From Halarcobacter sp. (GTDB lineage: Bacteria; Campylobacterota; Campylobacteria; Campylobacterales; Arcobacteraceae), in the NCBI GenBank assembly GCA_963676565.1, contig OY781089.1, positions 512,001-576,000 of the forward strand: 64,000 bases of DNA, written 5' to 3'. How positions within the stretch are numbered: position 1 is the stretch's first letter; every line of letters begins with the position of its first letter. Made by a program: the position numbers and the translations under genes. The notes under the pieces were generated by a model. It was given only the letters and a program-made list of their open reading frames with translations, was not told the DNA's origin and made no database searches. Of this stretch, positions 20,687 to 30,629 are shown piece after piece.

Positions 20687-22264
20687 ATGCACATTAAAAA
20701 TAAAGTAAAGTATAGTTTTTTATTAATCACAATCCTTATATTAATGATATTTATAGCAAATAGTGTAATTTTATATCAAATAAATGAAAATGAAGAATCT
20801 AAAAAGAATATCACAAAACTAATCTTATTACAAGAAAATATGACCTCATTGACAAAAGATATTATAATATCTCAAAATGAGGATAGATTAAAACAAATAG
20901 AAACAAGATTTACTAATTATGAAAAAGAGTTTGAAACCTTACATTATCTGCTAATCAATGATACACAAAAAGATTTTATTGATTATGTTTTAAAAGATAT
21001 GCATCAAGAAAAAAGTGTTCTTAATCAGTTAAATATTTTAGCAACAAATGAAAAACAAATTGAAACATCCTTTGAAACTCTATTTGAATTACAAAGAGAA
21101 AAAATAAAATTAAATGATGAGTTTATAGAAGCATACCCTTTAGAAAATCGTTTACGAAATAACCTTGAAGAGTTTATATTAGAGAAAAAAGATTTTAATC
21201 TACTTAAAAACTTTTCAGATGTTAAGTATTATAGTAAAGAAGTGCTTTTTCAAAAAAAATCTATGCAATATCTAAATAAATGGCTTGATAAAGTAAATGC
21301 TTTAAGTGTTTTTTTGAAAAACAAAGATTTAGAATCTTACAAAACAGTAATAAAACAATTAGGTGAAAATGCTATTAATTCTAAAAAATTACAAATAAAA
21401 CAACAATCAGTTCAAGATACAATATATAACTCATTAAAACAAAACAAAAATATAAATGAAAAAATTCAAAATGATATAGACCTTTTATCAAAAGAATTTC
21501 TAACAACCATTAGGTCATTTATAACTATGATTTTATTTTTTACCTTAGCTTTTATAATCTATTTATCTATCAAAGTTAATAAAAATGTAGCATTAACAGT
21601 TGATGAGATTGAAGAAAAAGTACAAAATGGATTAAAAAAAATAAAAAAACTTAACCATGAAATAGAAGATACACAAAAAGAAGTAATTTTCACAATGGGT
21701 GCCATAGGTGAAAGCAGATCAAAGGAAACAGGGAATCATGTTAAAAGAGTTGCTGAATACTCAAAGCTTTTTGCCTTATATTATGGATTAGATGAGAAAG
21801 AAGCTGAGATGTTAAAGATGGCTAGTCCAATGCATGATATAGGAAAAGTTGCCATTCCAGATGCCATTTTAAATAAGCCTGGAAGATTTGATGATAATGA
21901 GAGAGAAATTATGAACACCCATGCACAACTAGGTTATGAGATGTTAAAACATTCAAAAAGACCTCTTCTAAAAATGGCTGCAACAATTTCAAAAGAGCAC
22001 CATGAAAAATGGGATGGTTCAGGTTATCCAAAAGGTTTAAAAGAAGAAGAGATAAATATTTATGGACGAATAACTGCCATTGCAGACGTCTTTGATGCAT
22101 TAGGTAGTGATAGATGCTATAAAAAAGCTTGGGATGATGAAAGAATTTTTAAACTATTTAAAGAGGAAAAAGGTAAACATTTTGACCCAAAACTTGTGGA
22201 TATTTTCTTTAAAAATTTAGATGAATTTTTAGCAATAAGGGAAAAATTTAAAGACACTATTTAA
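20687..22264 (+). CDS. Membrane-anchored HD-GYP c-di-GMP phosphodiesterase
   Basis: ETGNHVKRV, MHDIGK, HHEKWDGSGYP, HFDP; two TMs flanking a helical periplasmic domain. Confidence 0.9.
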   Translation: MHIKNKVKYSFLLITILILMIFIANSVILYQINENEESKKNITKLILLQENMTSLTKDIIISQNEDRLKQIETRFTNYEKEFETLHYLLINDTQKDFIDYVLKDMHQEKSVLNQLNILATNEKQIETSFETLFELQREKIKLNDEFIEAYPLENRLRNNLEEFILEKKDFNLLKNFSDVKYYSKEVLFQKKSMQYLNKWLDKVNALSVFLKNKDLESYKTVIKQLGENAINSKKLQIKQQSVQDTIYNSLKQNKNINEKIQNDIDLLSKEFLTTIRSFITMILFFTLAFIIYLSIKVNKNVALTVDEIEEKVQNGLKKIKKLNHEIEDTQKEVIFTMGAIGESRSKETGNHVKRVAEYSKLFALYYGLDEKEAEMLKMASPMHDIGKVAIPDAILNKPGRFDDNEREIMNTHAQLGYEMLKHSKRPLLKMAATISKEHHEKWDGSGYPKGLKEEEINIYGRITAIADVFDALGSDRCYKKAWDDERIFKLFKEEKGKHFDPKLVDIFFKNLDEFLAIREKFKDTI

Positions 22265-22272
22265 AACTAAAT

Positions 22273-23229
22273 CTATTTAGATTTAGTTAAAAATAAAAGT
22301 CCACTAATAGTTATAAACAATCCCAGCCATCCTATTGTGTTCGGGAAACTACCATCTAAAAATAAAACTTCTCCAAATAAAGCAAAGAATACTGAACCAC
22401 ACTGTGTGGCATCCACAAGCATAAGTTTTGTTGTTGTATTTGCATGATTTCTTGCATATAAAAAAAGTGTTGTAGCAACAATCCCTGAAAGAATAGAAAC
22501 TAAAGCTACACTAATAAACTGCCCTGAACTTGGTGGTGTTGGATTTATAAAAAAATATAAAATCAACCAAAAAGGTGAGCTTCCTAAAATAAGCAGAAAA
22601 ACCTTTGCAAAGCTATTACTTAAAACTTGTATATCTTCACCTTCTTGCTCTTTTTTTATTTTTCTTTCCCAAACCAATTGATTACCAATTGGGTAAGAAA
22701 AAGCTGCAATTAAAATTGGGACTGAACCTAAAAGAAGCTTATCTAGATTTGATAAATCAAAATGGCTAAGATTTACTAGCGTTACTCCAATAAAAACAAC
22801 AAGGGTGAAAAACCAAATCTTTTTTGATAGTCTTTTACCAAAAAAAGTAAGTACAAAAAGTGAAGCTAAAATAGTCATCTGCCAAGTAGTAGCAACTACC
22901 CAAGCAGGTGAAAAATCAGCGGCATAACAAATAAGTGAATAAAAAAATCCAAAACCAATAGTCCCAGATATACTCCAAAATAAAATATTCTCAAAATACT
23001 CTTTTAAAATTGCTTTGTAAAAAGAAAAGCCTTTTAAAAAGACAAATCCCACACTCAAAAATAAAAGTGTATAGAGATATCTTAATGAAGCAGACCAATA
23101 CCAATGCCCTCCATCTAAAGAAATACTTCTATTGATTAAAAATGTTGCTGAAAAAAAAGAGGCTGCTAGAAGTCCTACAAAAAGGAGGTAAATTGGTTCG
23201 TTTTGATACTTGATAAGTTTACTATTCAT
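22273..23229 (-). CDS. DMT-superfamily (EmrE-like efflux family) transporter
   Basis: About 10 TMs, GGHWYWSASLRY, WVVATTWQ, AAFSYPIGN. Confidence 0.8.
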   Translation of the reverse strand: MNSKLIKYQNEPIYLLFVGLLAASFFSATFLINRSISLDGGHWYWSASLRYLYTLLFLSVGFVFLKGFSFYKAILKEYFENILFWSISGTIGFGFFYSLICYAADFSPAWVVATTWQMTILASLFVLTFFGKRLSKKIWFFTLVVFIGVTLVNLSHFDLSNLDKLLLGSVPILIAAFSYPIGNQLVWERKIKKEQEGEDIQVLSNSFAKVFLLILGSSPFWLILYFFINPTPPSSGQFISVALVSILSGIVATTLFLYARNHANTTTKLMLVDATQCGSVFFALFGEVLFLDGSFPNTIGWLGLFITISGLLFLTKSK

Positions 23230-23291
23230 GATAAATTCCTAAAAAAAAGAAAAAATTATACAACAAAAACTATTGGTTTTAGTTTTTAAAT

Positions 23292-23347
23292 TGTAAAGAA
23301 AATGTCAAGAAAGTTTAGACCCCAGCTTTAAAGTTTTTATTTATACT
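23292..23347 (+). promoter_or_regulatory. 11-bp direct repeat (response-regulator-type site) and -10 upstream of the cytochrome operon
   Basis: TGTAAAGAAAA 23292-23302 and TGTCAAGAAAG 23303-23313; TATACT at 23342-23347. Confidence 0.5.
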
Positions 23348-23369
23348 TTTAAAATGAAAAGGAGAAAAA

Positions 23370-23771
23370 ATGAAATATTTATTTTTAGGATTATTTGTAA
23401 TAAGTTTTGCAAATGCTAGTGTAGTTGATGACTATTTAAATAGTTTAAAAAAAGAGGTTCAAAGTCAAAACCCAACTTTTAAAGGTTTTGATTATAAAAG
23501 GGGTGAAGAGATTTTCACATCTAAACATATTGGTAAAAAAGGTAAAGAGATATCTTGCGTATCATGTCACACTGCAAATCTAAACCAAACAGGGGAAAAC
23601 TTTTTTACAGGAAAAGAGATAAAACCCCTATCACCAAAAGCAAATCCAAAAAGATTTACAAAAGTTAAAACAATTGAAAAATGGTTAAGAAGAAACTTCA
23701 ATGATGTTTATAAAAGAGAAGGTACAGCCCAAGAAAAAGGTGATGTAATAACTTACATCATAAATAAATAA
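23370..23771 (+). CDS. Monohaem c-type cytochrome, SHP/DUF1924-like
   Basis: Signal peptide, CVSCH, TGKEIKPLSP..NPKRFT, EKWLRRNFNDV. Confidence 0.82.
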   Translation: MKYLFLGLFVISFANASVVDDYLNSLKKEVQSQNPTFKGFDYKRGEEIFTSKHIGKKGKEISCVSCHTANLNQTGENFFTGKEIKPLSPKANPKRFTKVKTIEKWLRRNFNDVYKREGTAQEKGDVITYIINK

Positions 23772-23780
23772 GGAGACAAC

Positions 23781-24272
23781 ATGAGATATTTACTAATACT
23801 AACAATAGGATTTGCATCACTTATGGCAAATGAGATGAATACAAAAGAAACTCTTTTTAAAAATGAGTGTTCATCATGTCATATGGCATATCAAGCACAA
23901 TTTCTACCAAAAAGATCGTGGATAAAAATGATGGATAATCTATCTGAGCATTTTGACACTGATGCTTCACTAGACAAAGAAGATACGCAGATGATAAAAG
24001 AGTATTTAGTTAATAATTCAAGTGATTCAACTAAAAGATTATATGGCGAGATTGCAGAATTTGCACAATCAATTCCAAAATCAAAAACTCTTTTAGCAAT
24101 CACTGAAATTCCAAAATTTAAAAGAGAACACAGAGAAGTTCCAAAAAGATTTATAAATCAAAAAGAGGTGAAAAGTTTAAGTAATTGTATTGCTTGTCAC
24201 ACAGATGCAAAAAAAGGTTGGTATGATGAAGATAATATTAATATACCAAACTATGGAAGATGGGACGATTAA
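23781..24272 (+). CDS. Dihaem cytochrome c (DHC)
   Basis: ECSSCHMAY..LPKRSW..HF and NCIACH. Confidence 0.88.
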   Translation: MRYLLILTIGFASLMANEMNTKETLFKNECSSCHMAYQAQFLPKRSWIKMMDNLSEHFDTDASLDKEDTQMIKEYLVNNSSDSTKRLYGEIAEFAQSIPKSKTLLAITEIPKFKREHREVPKRFINQKEVKSLSNCIACHTDAKKGWYDEDNINIPNYGRWDD

Positions 24273-24289
24273 TTAAAAAGGATAATATA

Positions 24290-25406
24290 ATGCAAAAATC
24301 ATATATCTGGAGTTTACCAACAAGAGTTTTTCACGCTTTATTTGCTGTATTTATTTTGTTGGCTTTTTTAACTGATGATGATAATTTATTACAATATCAT
24401 GCAATAATCGGTTACTCTATTTTTATTTTGCTTTTATTTAGAATAGGATGGGGATTATTTGGTCCTAAACACTCAAGGTTTAAAGACTTTCCACTTAGTA
24501 TAAAAAAAGCAAAAGAGTTTTTAGGTGAAATGTTAACAGATAAATCTAAATATGTAGGGCATAATCCAATGGCTTCATTTGTAATGATTGCTATTTTAAC
24601 AACAGTTTTTTTAACTATTGTTACTGGTGTTTTAGCCTTTGGTATCCAAGAAGGTCGTGGAATAGCTTCAGGATTGAACAGCTCATTTTTTAAAGAGATG
24701 GAACTATTTGAAGAGATTCATGAATTTTTTACAGGTGTTTTAATAGCTTTAGTTGTAGCTCACTTAGGTGGTGTTTTAGTGGACAAAGTTTTACATGGGA
24801 AAAATAAAACTTTGAACTCAATTGCAAATGGTTATAAAATGACTGATGAAAAAGAGGATATCACTGTAAATTTTTATCAAAAAACATTTGCATTTATTAT
24901 GGCTATTTTATTTATAGGATTTTTACTATTTAATTTAACAAGTCCTAAAAACGTATTAACTGCCTCAGTTTTTGAACCAATTGATTACAAAAAAGAGAAC
25001 TCTTTGTTTGTATCTGAGTGTGCATCGTGTCACACTCTGTATCCCTCCCAATCTTTTACCTAAAAAATCTTGGGTGACATTAATGGGTGATTTAGAAAAC
25101 CATTTTGGAGATGATGCTTCTTTAGATGAAGAGGATACAAAAATCATATTGGATTTTCTAGTAAAAAATAGTGCAGAAAACTCAACTATGCAAGGAAGTT
25201 TAAACTTTTTGAATTCAATTGAAGATAAAGATATAATAGCCATGTCACAAACACAGTTTTGGAAAAAAACCCATGAAGATATTCCAAAAGAGTTGTTTAA
25301 TCATAAAGATATAAAAAGCAAAGCTAATTGTAAAGCTTGTCATACGGATATTGAGAAAGGATTAATAGAAAATGAAAATATTAAAGATATTTCTAGTTTT
25401 AATTAG
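24290..25406 (+). pseudogene. Cytochrome b (Ni-hydrogenase b type)-dihaem cytochrome c fusion broken by a +1 frameshift near 25043-25045
   Basis: Frame 1: WSLPTRVFH, GHNP, EIHE, HLGG, then CASCHTLY. Next frame: PPNLLPKKSW..HFG..NCKACH. Removing one C restores a 371-aa ORF. Confidence 0.8.
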
Positions 25407-25797
25407 TCTATTTGTATTTTTAAATGCAGATGATGATTATAAGGATTTTGAAGAATACAAACATAAATATTATAAAAATCAAAAATACAATCTATATAAA
25501 AATTTTGAATTTTTAAATTTAGACTCCCAACAATATACTCTTATGAAAGATATTTTAATCAATTACAAAAAAGAGTATAAACAACTTCAAAAATATAAAC
25601 ACGATATAAAAGAAAAGATTGAAGATTTAGTAAAAGAGGATAGTTTTGACAAGAAAGAATTTATTGCTTTGTTAAAAGATTTAAAGTATAAACATCTTGA
25701 AATTGAAGCATATAAAATAGAAAGAATTCATAATATTTTAAATAAAAAACAAAGAAAAAAACTAGCCCATTATGTTGAGGAGTGGGAACTTGACTAA
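25372..25797 (+). CDS. Periplasmic helical protein, Spy/CpxP-like
   Basis: Signal peptide, LNLDSQQ and ILNKKQR (LTxxQ-like) motifs; precedes a two-component pair. Confidence 0.65.
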   Translation: MKILKIFLVLISLFVFLNADDDYKDFEEYKHKYYKNQKYNLYKNFEFLNLDSQQYTLMKDILINYKKEYKQLQKYKHDIKEKIEDLVKEDSFDKKEFIALLKDLKYKHLEIEAYKIERIHNILNKKQRKKLAHYVEEWELD

Positions 25798-26455
25798 TAA
25801 TATATTATTAATTGAAGATGATACTGCTATGAATGAACTCATAGTTGATTACCTAAAAGATTTTGATTTAAATTGTACTGCATTTGTAAATCCTATTAAT
25901 GCCTTAGAAGAGTTAAAAAAAAACAGCAATTATGATATTGTAGTATTAGATTTAATGCTTCCTAATTTAAATGGATTTGATGTATTTAGAAAAATCAAAT
26001 CCATTGTTGATGTACCAATTATAATATCTTCTGCTAGAGGTGATATTGGTAACAAAATCCATGGATATGAACTAGGAGCTGATGATTTTTTAGCTAAACC
26101 TTATGAGCCAAGAGAACTTGTTTTAAGAATCAACTATATACTAAAAAAATCAACTCAAGAGACTTTTACAATTGGTGACTTTGAGATAAATACAAAAGAA
26201 AGAGAAGTTTTAGTAGATAATTATCCAATCGATTTTACTAAAGTTGAGTTTGAAATTTTTATGTTTTTAGTTAATAACTCAAATAGAATAGCATCAAGGG
26301 AAGATATAATAGAAAACACCTCTTTAGAATCTAATACAAAAAATAGAACTGTTGATATGCATATTTCAAACATAAGATATAAAATAGGTGATGATTCAAA
26401 GGAACCAAAATATATTAAGTCAGTTTGGGGTGTTGGGTATAAATTAATCTCTTAG
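25790..26455 (+). CDS. OmpR-family response regulator
   Basis: TTG 25790 with SD GAGGAG; LIEDD, LDLMLP, GADDFLAKPY, IKSVWGVGY. Confidence 0.92.
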   Translation: MTNNILLIEDDTAMNELIVDYLKDFDLNCTAFVNPINALEELKKNSNYDIVVLDLMLPNLNGFDVFRKIKSIVDVPIIISSARGDIGNKIHGYELGADDFLAKPYEPRELVLRINYILKKSTQETFTIGDFEINTKEREVLVDNYPIDFTKVEFEIFMFLVNNSNRIASREDIIENTSLESNTKNRTVDMHISNIRYKIGDDSKEPKYIKSVWGVGYKLIS

Positions 26456-26466
26456 AAAAGGTTTTC

Positions 26467-27669
26467 ATGTCTATATTTAAAAAAATTCTAATTTTATTTT
26501 CTTTTAGTTTTATTCTTATGAGTATTATTGGTTTTTGGATGGATACTATTAACTCAAATAGAATTGATAGCTTGATAAAAGAAAAATATGCAAAAATTTC
26601 TTACGAAATTTTAGATAACTTTGATGACATTAACAAAATAAAAGAATTAGAATTAAAATATGGACTAAAAAAAATTGACGATTTTAAAAGTTTAGAAAAT
26701 GAGGTTTTATATGAAGAGAATCTGACATTTGGCTTTGTTAAGATTTTCCAAAAATTTTTCCAAGATGAGTTTATACTTCAAATAAAGTATTTAGATGATG
26801 AATATATTTTTCAAACTAAAGATGAAGGAAGTATTAACGACAAATTTATACTAAATATTCTAATAGTTCTTGATGTTTTAGCGTTAATCATTATCTTTTT
26901 ATTTGTACTGAAGATTTTTTCACCTTTAAAACAAATTTCTAAACAAATTACTCAATTTGCAAATGGAAACTTCTCTACAAGAGTTGATATAAAATCAAAT
27001 GATGAGATTGGGAAACTCGCAGATACATTTAACAATATGGCATCTAAACTTGAAAACCTTATAAATACAAGGGAAGAACTCTTAAGAGATATTGGACATG
27101 AACTAAGAACCCCAATAGCAAGAGGAAAATTTGCAATTGAAAAAATTGATGATTTTTCACAAAAAGAATTAATGAAAAAAATTTTCAGTGATCTTGAAAT
27201 ATTAACAAATGAATTAATAGAATTAGAAAGATTAAACTCTTCAAAACTAAACTTTGAAAAATTTACCAATAAAAAACTTATAATAGAATCCCTACAAAAA
27301 ATACATTTTGATAATGAAGAAAAAATAAAATTAAATATAAAAGATGATTTTGAAATAGAAGGTGATTTTTACTACTTATGTATTGCTTTAAAAAACTTAA
27401 TAGATAATGCTTTAAAATATAGTATAAAATTCCCAATAGAAATCTCATCATCAAAAAATAATATTCAAGTTATAAGTTTCGGTGAACCATTATCCCGTGA
27501 GATTGAATACTACCTTCAAGCATTTACCCAAGAACTTCCCCAAAGAAATGGCTTTGGATTAGGACTTAGTATTGTAAAGAAAATTGCAGATAAACATAAT
27601 TTTAAAATCTCCTACAAGCATAATGAAAAAAATAATAGCAATAACTTTACTCTAGACATAAACTCATAG
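26467..27669 (+). CDS. HAMP sensor histidine kinase (ArsS/RacS-like)
   Basis: HAMP DEIGKLADTFNNM, IGHELRTP, NLIDNALKY, GFGLGLSIV. Confidence 0.9.
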   Translation: MSIFKKILILFSFSFILMSIIGFWMDTINSNRIDSLIKEKYAKISYEILDNFDDINKIKELELKYGLKKIDDFKSLENEVLYEENLTFGFVKIFQKFFQDEFILQIKYLDDEYIFQTKDEGSINDKFILNILIVLDVLALIIIFLFVLKIFSPLKQISKQITQFANGNFSTRVDIKSNDEIGKLADTFNNMASKLENLINTREELLRDIGHELRTPIARGKFAIEKIDDFSQKELMKKIFSDLEILTNELIELERLNSSKLNFEKFTNKKLIIESLQKIHFDNEEKIKLNIKDDFEIEGDFYYLCIALKNLIDNALKYSIKFPIEISSSKNNIQVISFGEPLSREIEYYLQAFTQELPQRNGFGLGLSIVKKIADKHNFKISYKHNEKNNSNNFTLDINS

Positions 27670-27732
27670 TTATTCTCACAAGTTTTATAAATAGAAAATA
27701 AGATATAATCTCGAAAAAACTTAAGGGATAAG

Positions 27733-28341
27733 ATGACTGCACTTGAGATTGCTGATATTGTTGGTATCATATCTTTTGCAATTAGTGGTTTTTTAATTGC
27801 TGTACATATGAAACTAGATATTTTGGGTATTTTTATATCTGCATTTTTAACTGCCTTTGGTGGTGGAATGATTAGGGATGTTATTGCAAATAAAACACCA
27901 TATATTTTTACAAATAACCTTCCTATTGTTTTGGTTCTAGTAACTATTGTTTTAGCAGTAGTATTTAAACTTCATAAAATACCAGATTTAGAAGGTAAAA
28001 CTGCTTTTGTTGTTACAGATACCATTGGATTAGCTTCTTTTGCTATTTCGGGTGCATTAATAGCTATGAAGGCAGATTTTAATTTTATAGGTATTATTTT
28101 ACTTTCACTTCTAACAGCTATTGGTGGTGGTACTTTAAGAGATGTTGTTATAAATAGAATTCCTGCAGTTTTAATAAGTGACTTCTATGGTGCAATAGCT
28201 ATTATCATCTCATTTGTAATAATTGCAACTGATTACTTTTATGAGATAAACAAAGTTACACTTTTAGCAATATTTATTTTTGGTATTGTTTTAAGACTTG
28301 TGGCATATTATAGAAAATGGCATCTACCTACTCTTTCGTAG
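27733..28341 (+). CDS. TRIC/UPF0126 (YadS-like) membrane protein, putative glycine transporter
   Basis: Duplicated TAFGGGMIRD / TAIGGGTLRD motifs; WHLP C-terminus. Confidence 0.88.
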   Translation: MTALEIADIVGIISFAISGFLIAVHMKLDILGIFISAFLTAFGGGMIRDVIANKTPYIFTNNLPIVLVLVTIVLAVVFKLHKIPDLEGKTAFVVTDTIGLASFAISGALIAMKADFNFIGIILLSLLTAIGGGTLRDVVINRIPAVLISDFYGAIAIIISFVIIATDYFYEINKVTLLAIFIFGIVLRLVAYYRKWHLPTLS

Positions 28342-28358
28342 ATAGATGTTGATTTAAA

Positions 28359-29711
28359 TTAGTGAGAAACTGCTTCTAAAACAGACTCACTAAGTGTTGG
28401 GTGAGCAAATATCATTTTTGATAAATCTTTCATAGTTAGACCTGCATTTATAGCAACTAAAAACTCGTGAATTATCTCTGTTGCTTCATTCCCAATAATT
28501 CCCGCACCTAAGATTTTATCAGTTTCCGTACTATAAATGATTTTAATAAAACCACTATCATCACCTTTTATTTTTGCTTTTGCATTTGGTTTAAAAAATA
28601 CCTTTTTAGCCTTAAAAGGCACTCCCTCTTCTTTTAAACTTACTTCACTAGCTCCAATACTAGCAACCTGAGGCGAGCAAAAAGTTACAGATGGCCAAAT
28701 CGAATTTTGTTCAAATACTTCTTTTTTAAGTATTTGTTGTGCCACTCTTTTTGCTTCATAATATGCTACATGAGCTAAAGCAGGAGTTTTAATCACATCA
28801 CCTATTGCATATACATTTGGATTTGATATTGATTTCAGATTTTCATCAACCTCAACAAAACCTCTATCACTTATGATATTTGCAAGCTCAAGATTTAAAT
28901 CATTTGAGTTTGGAACTCTTCCAATAGATACTAAGATTTTTTCAAAAATCTCTGTTTTTTGTTTTTTCCCTAAATCAATTGTTACCTCAACACCCTCTTC
29001 TTTTATCTCAAAAGATGTGATATTTGCCTTTACATCAACTTTTATTCCAGCTCTTTCAAACTCTCTTTTTAAAGTTTTACCCATATCATCATCTTCTGCT
29101 GGAATTAGCTTTGGTGTGAATTCTGCTATTTGCGTTGTAGTTCCAAGACTACTAAAAAAAGTAGCAAATTCACATCCAATCGCTCCTCCTCCAACTACTA
29201 AAATAGATTCTGGGAGTTTTTCTAATTGAAATACTTCTCTACTAGAGATAATATTTTTACCATCAACTTTTAATAAAGGGTGTTCCCTATGTGAAGAACC
29301 AGAGGCTATAATAAAGTTTGTAGCAGTAAGTACTTCATCATTTACTTTAATTTTATTTGCATCAATAAATGAAGCTATACCATATTTGATTTCAACTTTC
29401 CCTTTTTTTAACATATTAAAAACACCAGTTTTTGTATCACAAATAAGTCTGCAAGTATTGGCTTTCAACTTACTCATATCAAAACCACTTATTGATACAT
29501 CAACCCCACACTCTTTAAAATACTTAGCTTTTTTTACAAAAGTAGCGCTTTCTAAAAAGTTCTTTGCAGGAATACAACCTTCATTTAAACATGTTCCACC
29601 AACACTATCTTCACCTTTTTCAATAATACAAACACTTTTACCACCACTTCCAAGTAGTGAAGCCACTTCATAACCTGCTGGCCCTGCTCCAATAACTATA
29701 ACATCATACAT
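28359..29711 (-). CDS. lpdA: Dihydrolipoamide dehydrogenase (glycine cleavage L protein)
   Basis: GAGPAG, GGTCLNEGCIP, GGGAIGCE, HPTLSE. Confidence 0.93.
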   Translation of the reverse strand: MYDVIVIGAGPAGYEVASLLGSGGKSVCIIEKGEDSVGGTCLNEGCIPAKNFLESATFVKKAKYFKECGVDVSISGFDMSKLKANTCRLICDTKTGVFNMLKKGKVEIKYGIASFIDANKIKVNDEVLTATNFIIASGSSHREHPLLKVDGKNIISSREVFQLEKLPESILVVGGGAIGCEFATFFSSLGTTTQIAEFTPKLIPAEDDDMGKTLKREFERAGIKVDVKANITSFEIKEEGVEVTIDLGKKQKTEIFEKILVSIGRVPNSNDLNLELANIISDRGFVEVDENLKSISNPNVYAIGDVIKTPALAHVAYYEAKRVAQQILKKEVFEQNSIWPSVTFCSPQVASIGASEVSLKEEGVPFKAKKVFFKPNAKAKIKGDDSGFIKIIYSTETDKILGAGIIGNEATEIIHEFLVAINAGLTMKDLSKMIFAHPTLSESVLEAVSH

Positions 29712-29714
29712 ACC

Positions 29715-30608
29715 CTACTCTCCTACATACTCATGAGCTAAATAAGAACTTCTAGTATAAGGACTTGAATGAACATATTCAAAACCAAGCTCTAGTGCAA
29801 TATCTTTATATCTTTTAAATTGTGAAGGTTTTACATACTCTTTTACTTTTGTAAACTCATTTGATGGAGCTAAATATTGACCAATACTTAGATAATCACA
29901 CCCAACATCTCTTAAGTCTTTCATAACCTCAATCATCTCCTCTTCCGTTTCACCAAGACCAACCATAAGTGCTGTTTTTGTTTTTACATTTTTAGGAGCC
30001 AAAGTTTTTAGTTTTCTTAAGACTTGAAGTGACCTTTTATAGTTTGCTGCTTTTCTGATTTTATACAAAGAAGGAACCGTTTCCATATTGTGTCCTAAAA
30101 CAACAGCTCCAGATTCCACTGCTATTTTAAGAGACTCCATATTCCCTTGAAAGTCAGGAATTAAAAGTTCAACTTTTGTATCAGGAAGCTCCTTTAAGAT
30201 TTTTTGAGTTACCTCATAAAATTGACTTGCTCCACCATCTTTTAAATCATCCCTAGCAGGACTTGTTATAACCACATATTTAAGCCCTAATGCTTTTACT
30301 GATTTATAAACTTGTTCTATCTCATCTTTATTTACAGAGTTTGGCTTTCCAGTTTCAACATTACAATAAGAGCATCTTCTAGTACAAATTCTCCCAAGGA
30401 TTAGAAAGGTTGCATTTTTCTTAGAGAAACACTCACTTATATTTGGGCATTTTGCTTCTTGGCAAATAGTATGGATACCCACATCATTTAAAAGTTGGTC
30501 CATCTCTTTTTGGGCTCCAAAGTTAAGCTTTTTTTGAAGCCATTCAGGTTTTCTCCCATTAACACTATTTTTTATAAATTCTCTAGAATTAATCTTTTTA
30601 GTCATCAT
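29715..30608 (-). CDS. lipA: Lipoyl synthase
   Basis: CQEAKCPNISEC, CTRRCSYC, RSSY. Confidence 0.95.
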   Translation of the reverse strand: MMTKKINSREFIKNSVNGRKPEWLQKKLNFGAQKEMDQLLNDVGIHTICQEAKCPNISECFSKKNATFLILGRICTRRCSYCNVETGKPNSVNKDEIEQVYKSVKALGLKYVVITSPARDDLKDGGASQFYEVTQKILKELPDTKVELLIPDFQGNMESLKIAVESGAVVLGHNMETVPSLYKIRKAANYKRSLQVLRKLKTLAPKNVKTKTALMVGLGETEEEMIEVMKDLRDVGCDYLSIGQYLAPSNEFTKVKEYVKPSQFKRYKDIALELGFEYVHSSPYTRSSYLAHEYVGE

Positions 30609-30629
30609 CTAATCCTTAAAATACACTAT

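Noticed and set aside
25041..25050. Programmed frameshift or phase-variable tract in the cytochrome b fusion
   Set aside because: No long homopolymer, slippery heptamer or obvious stimulatory structure at the site.
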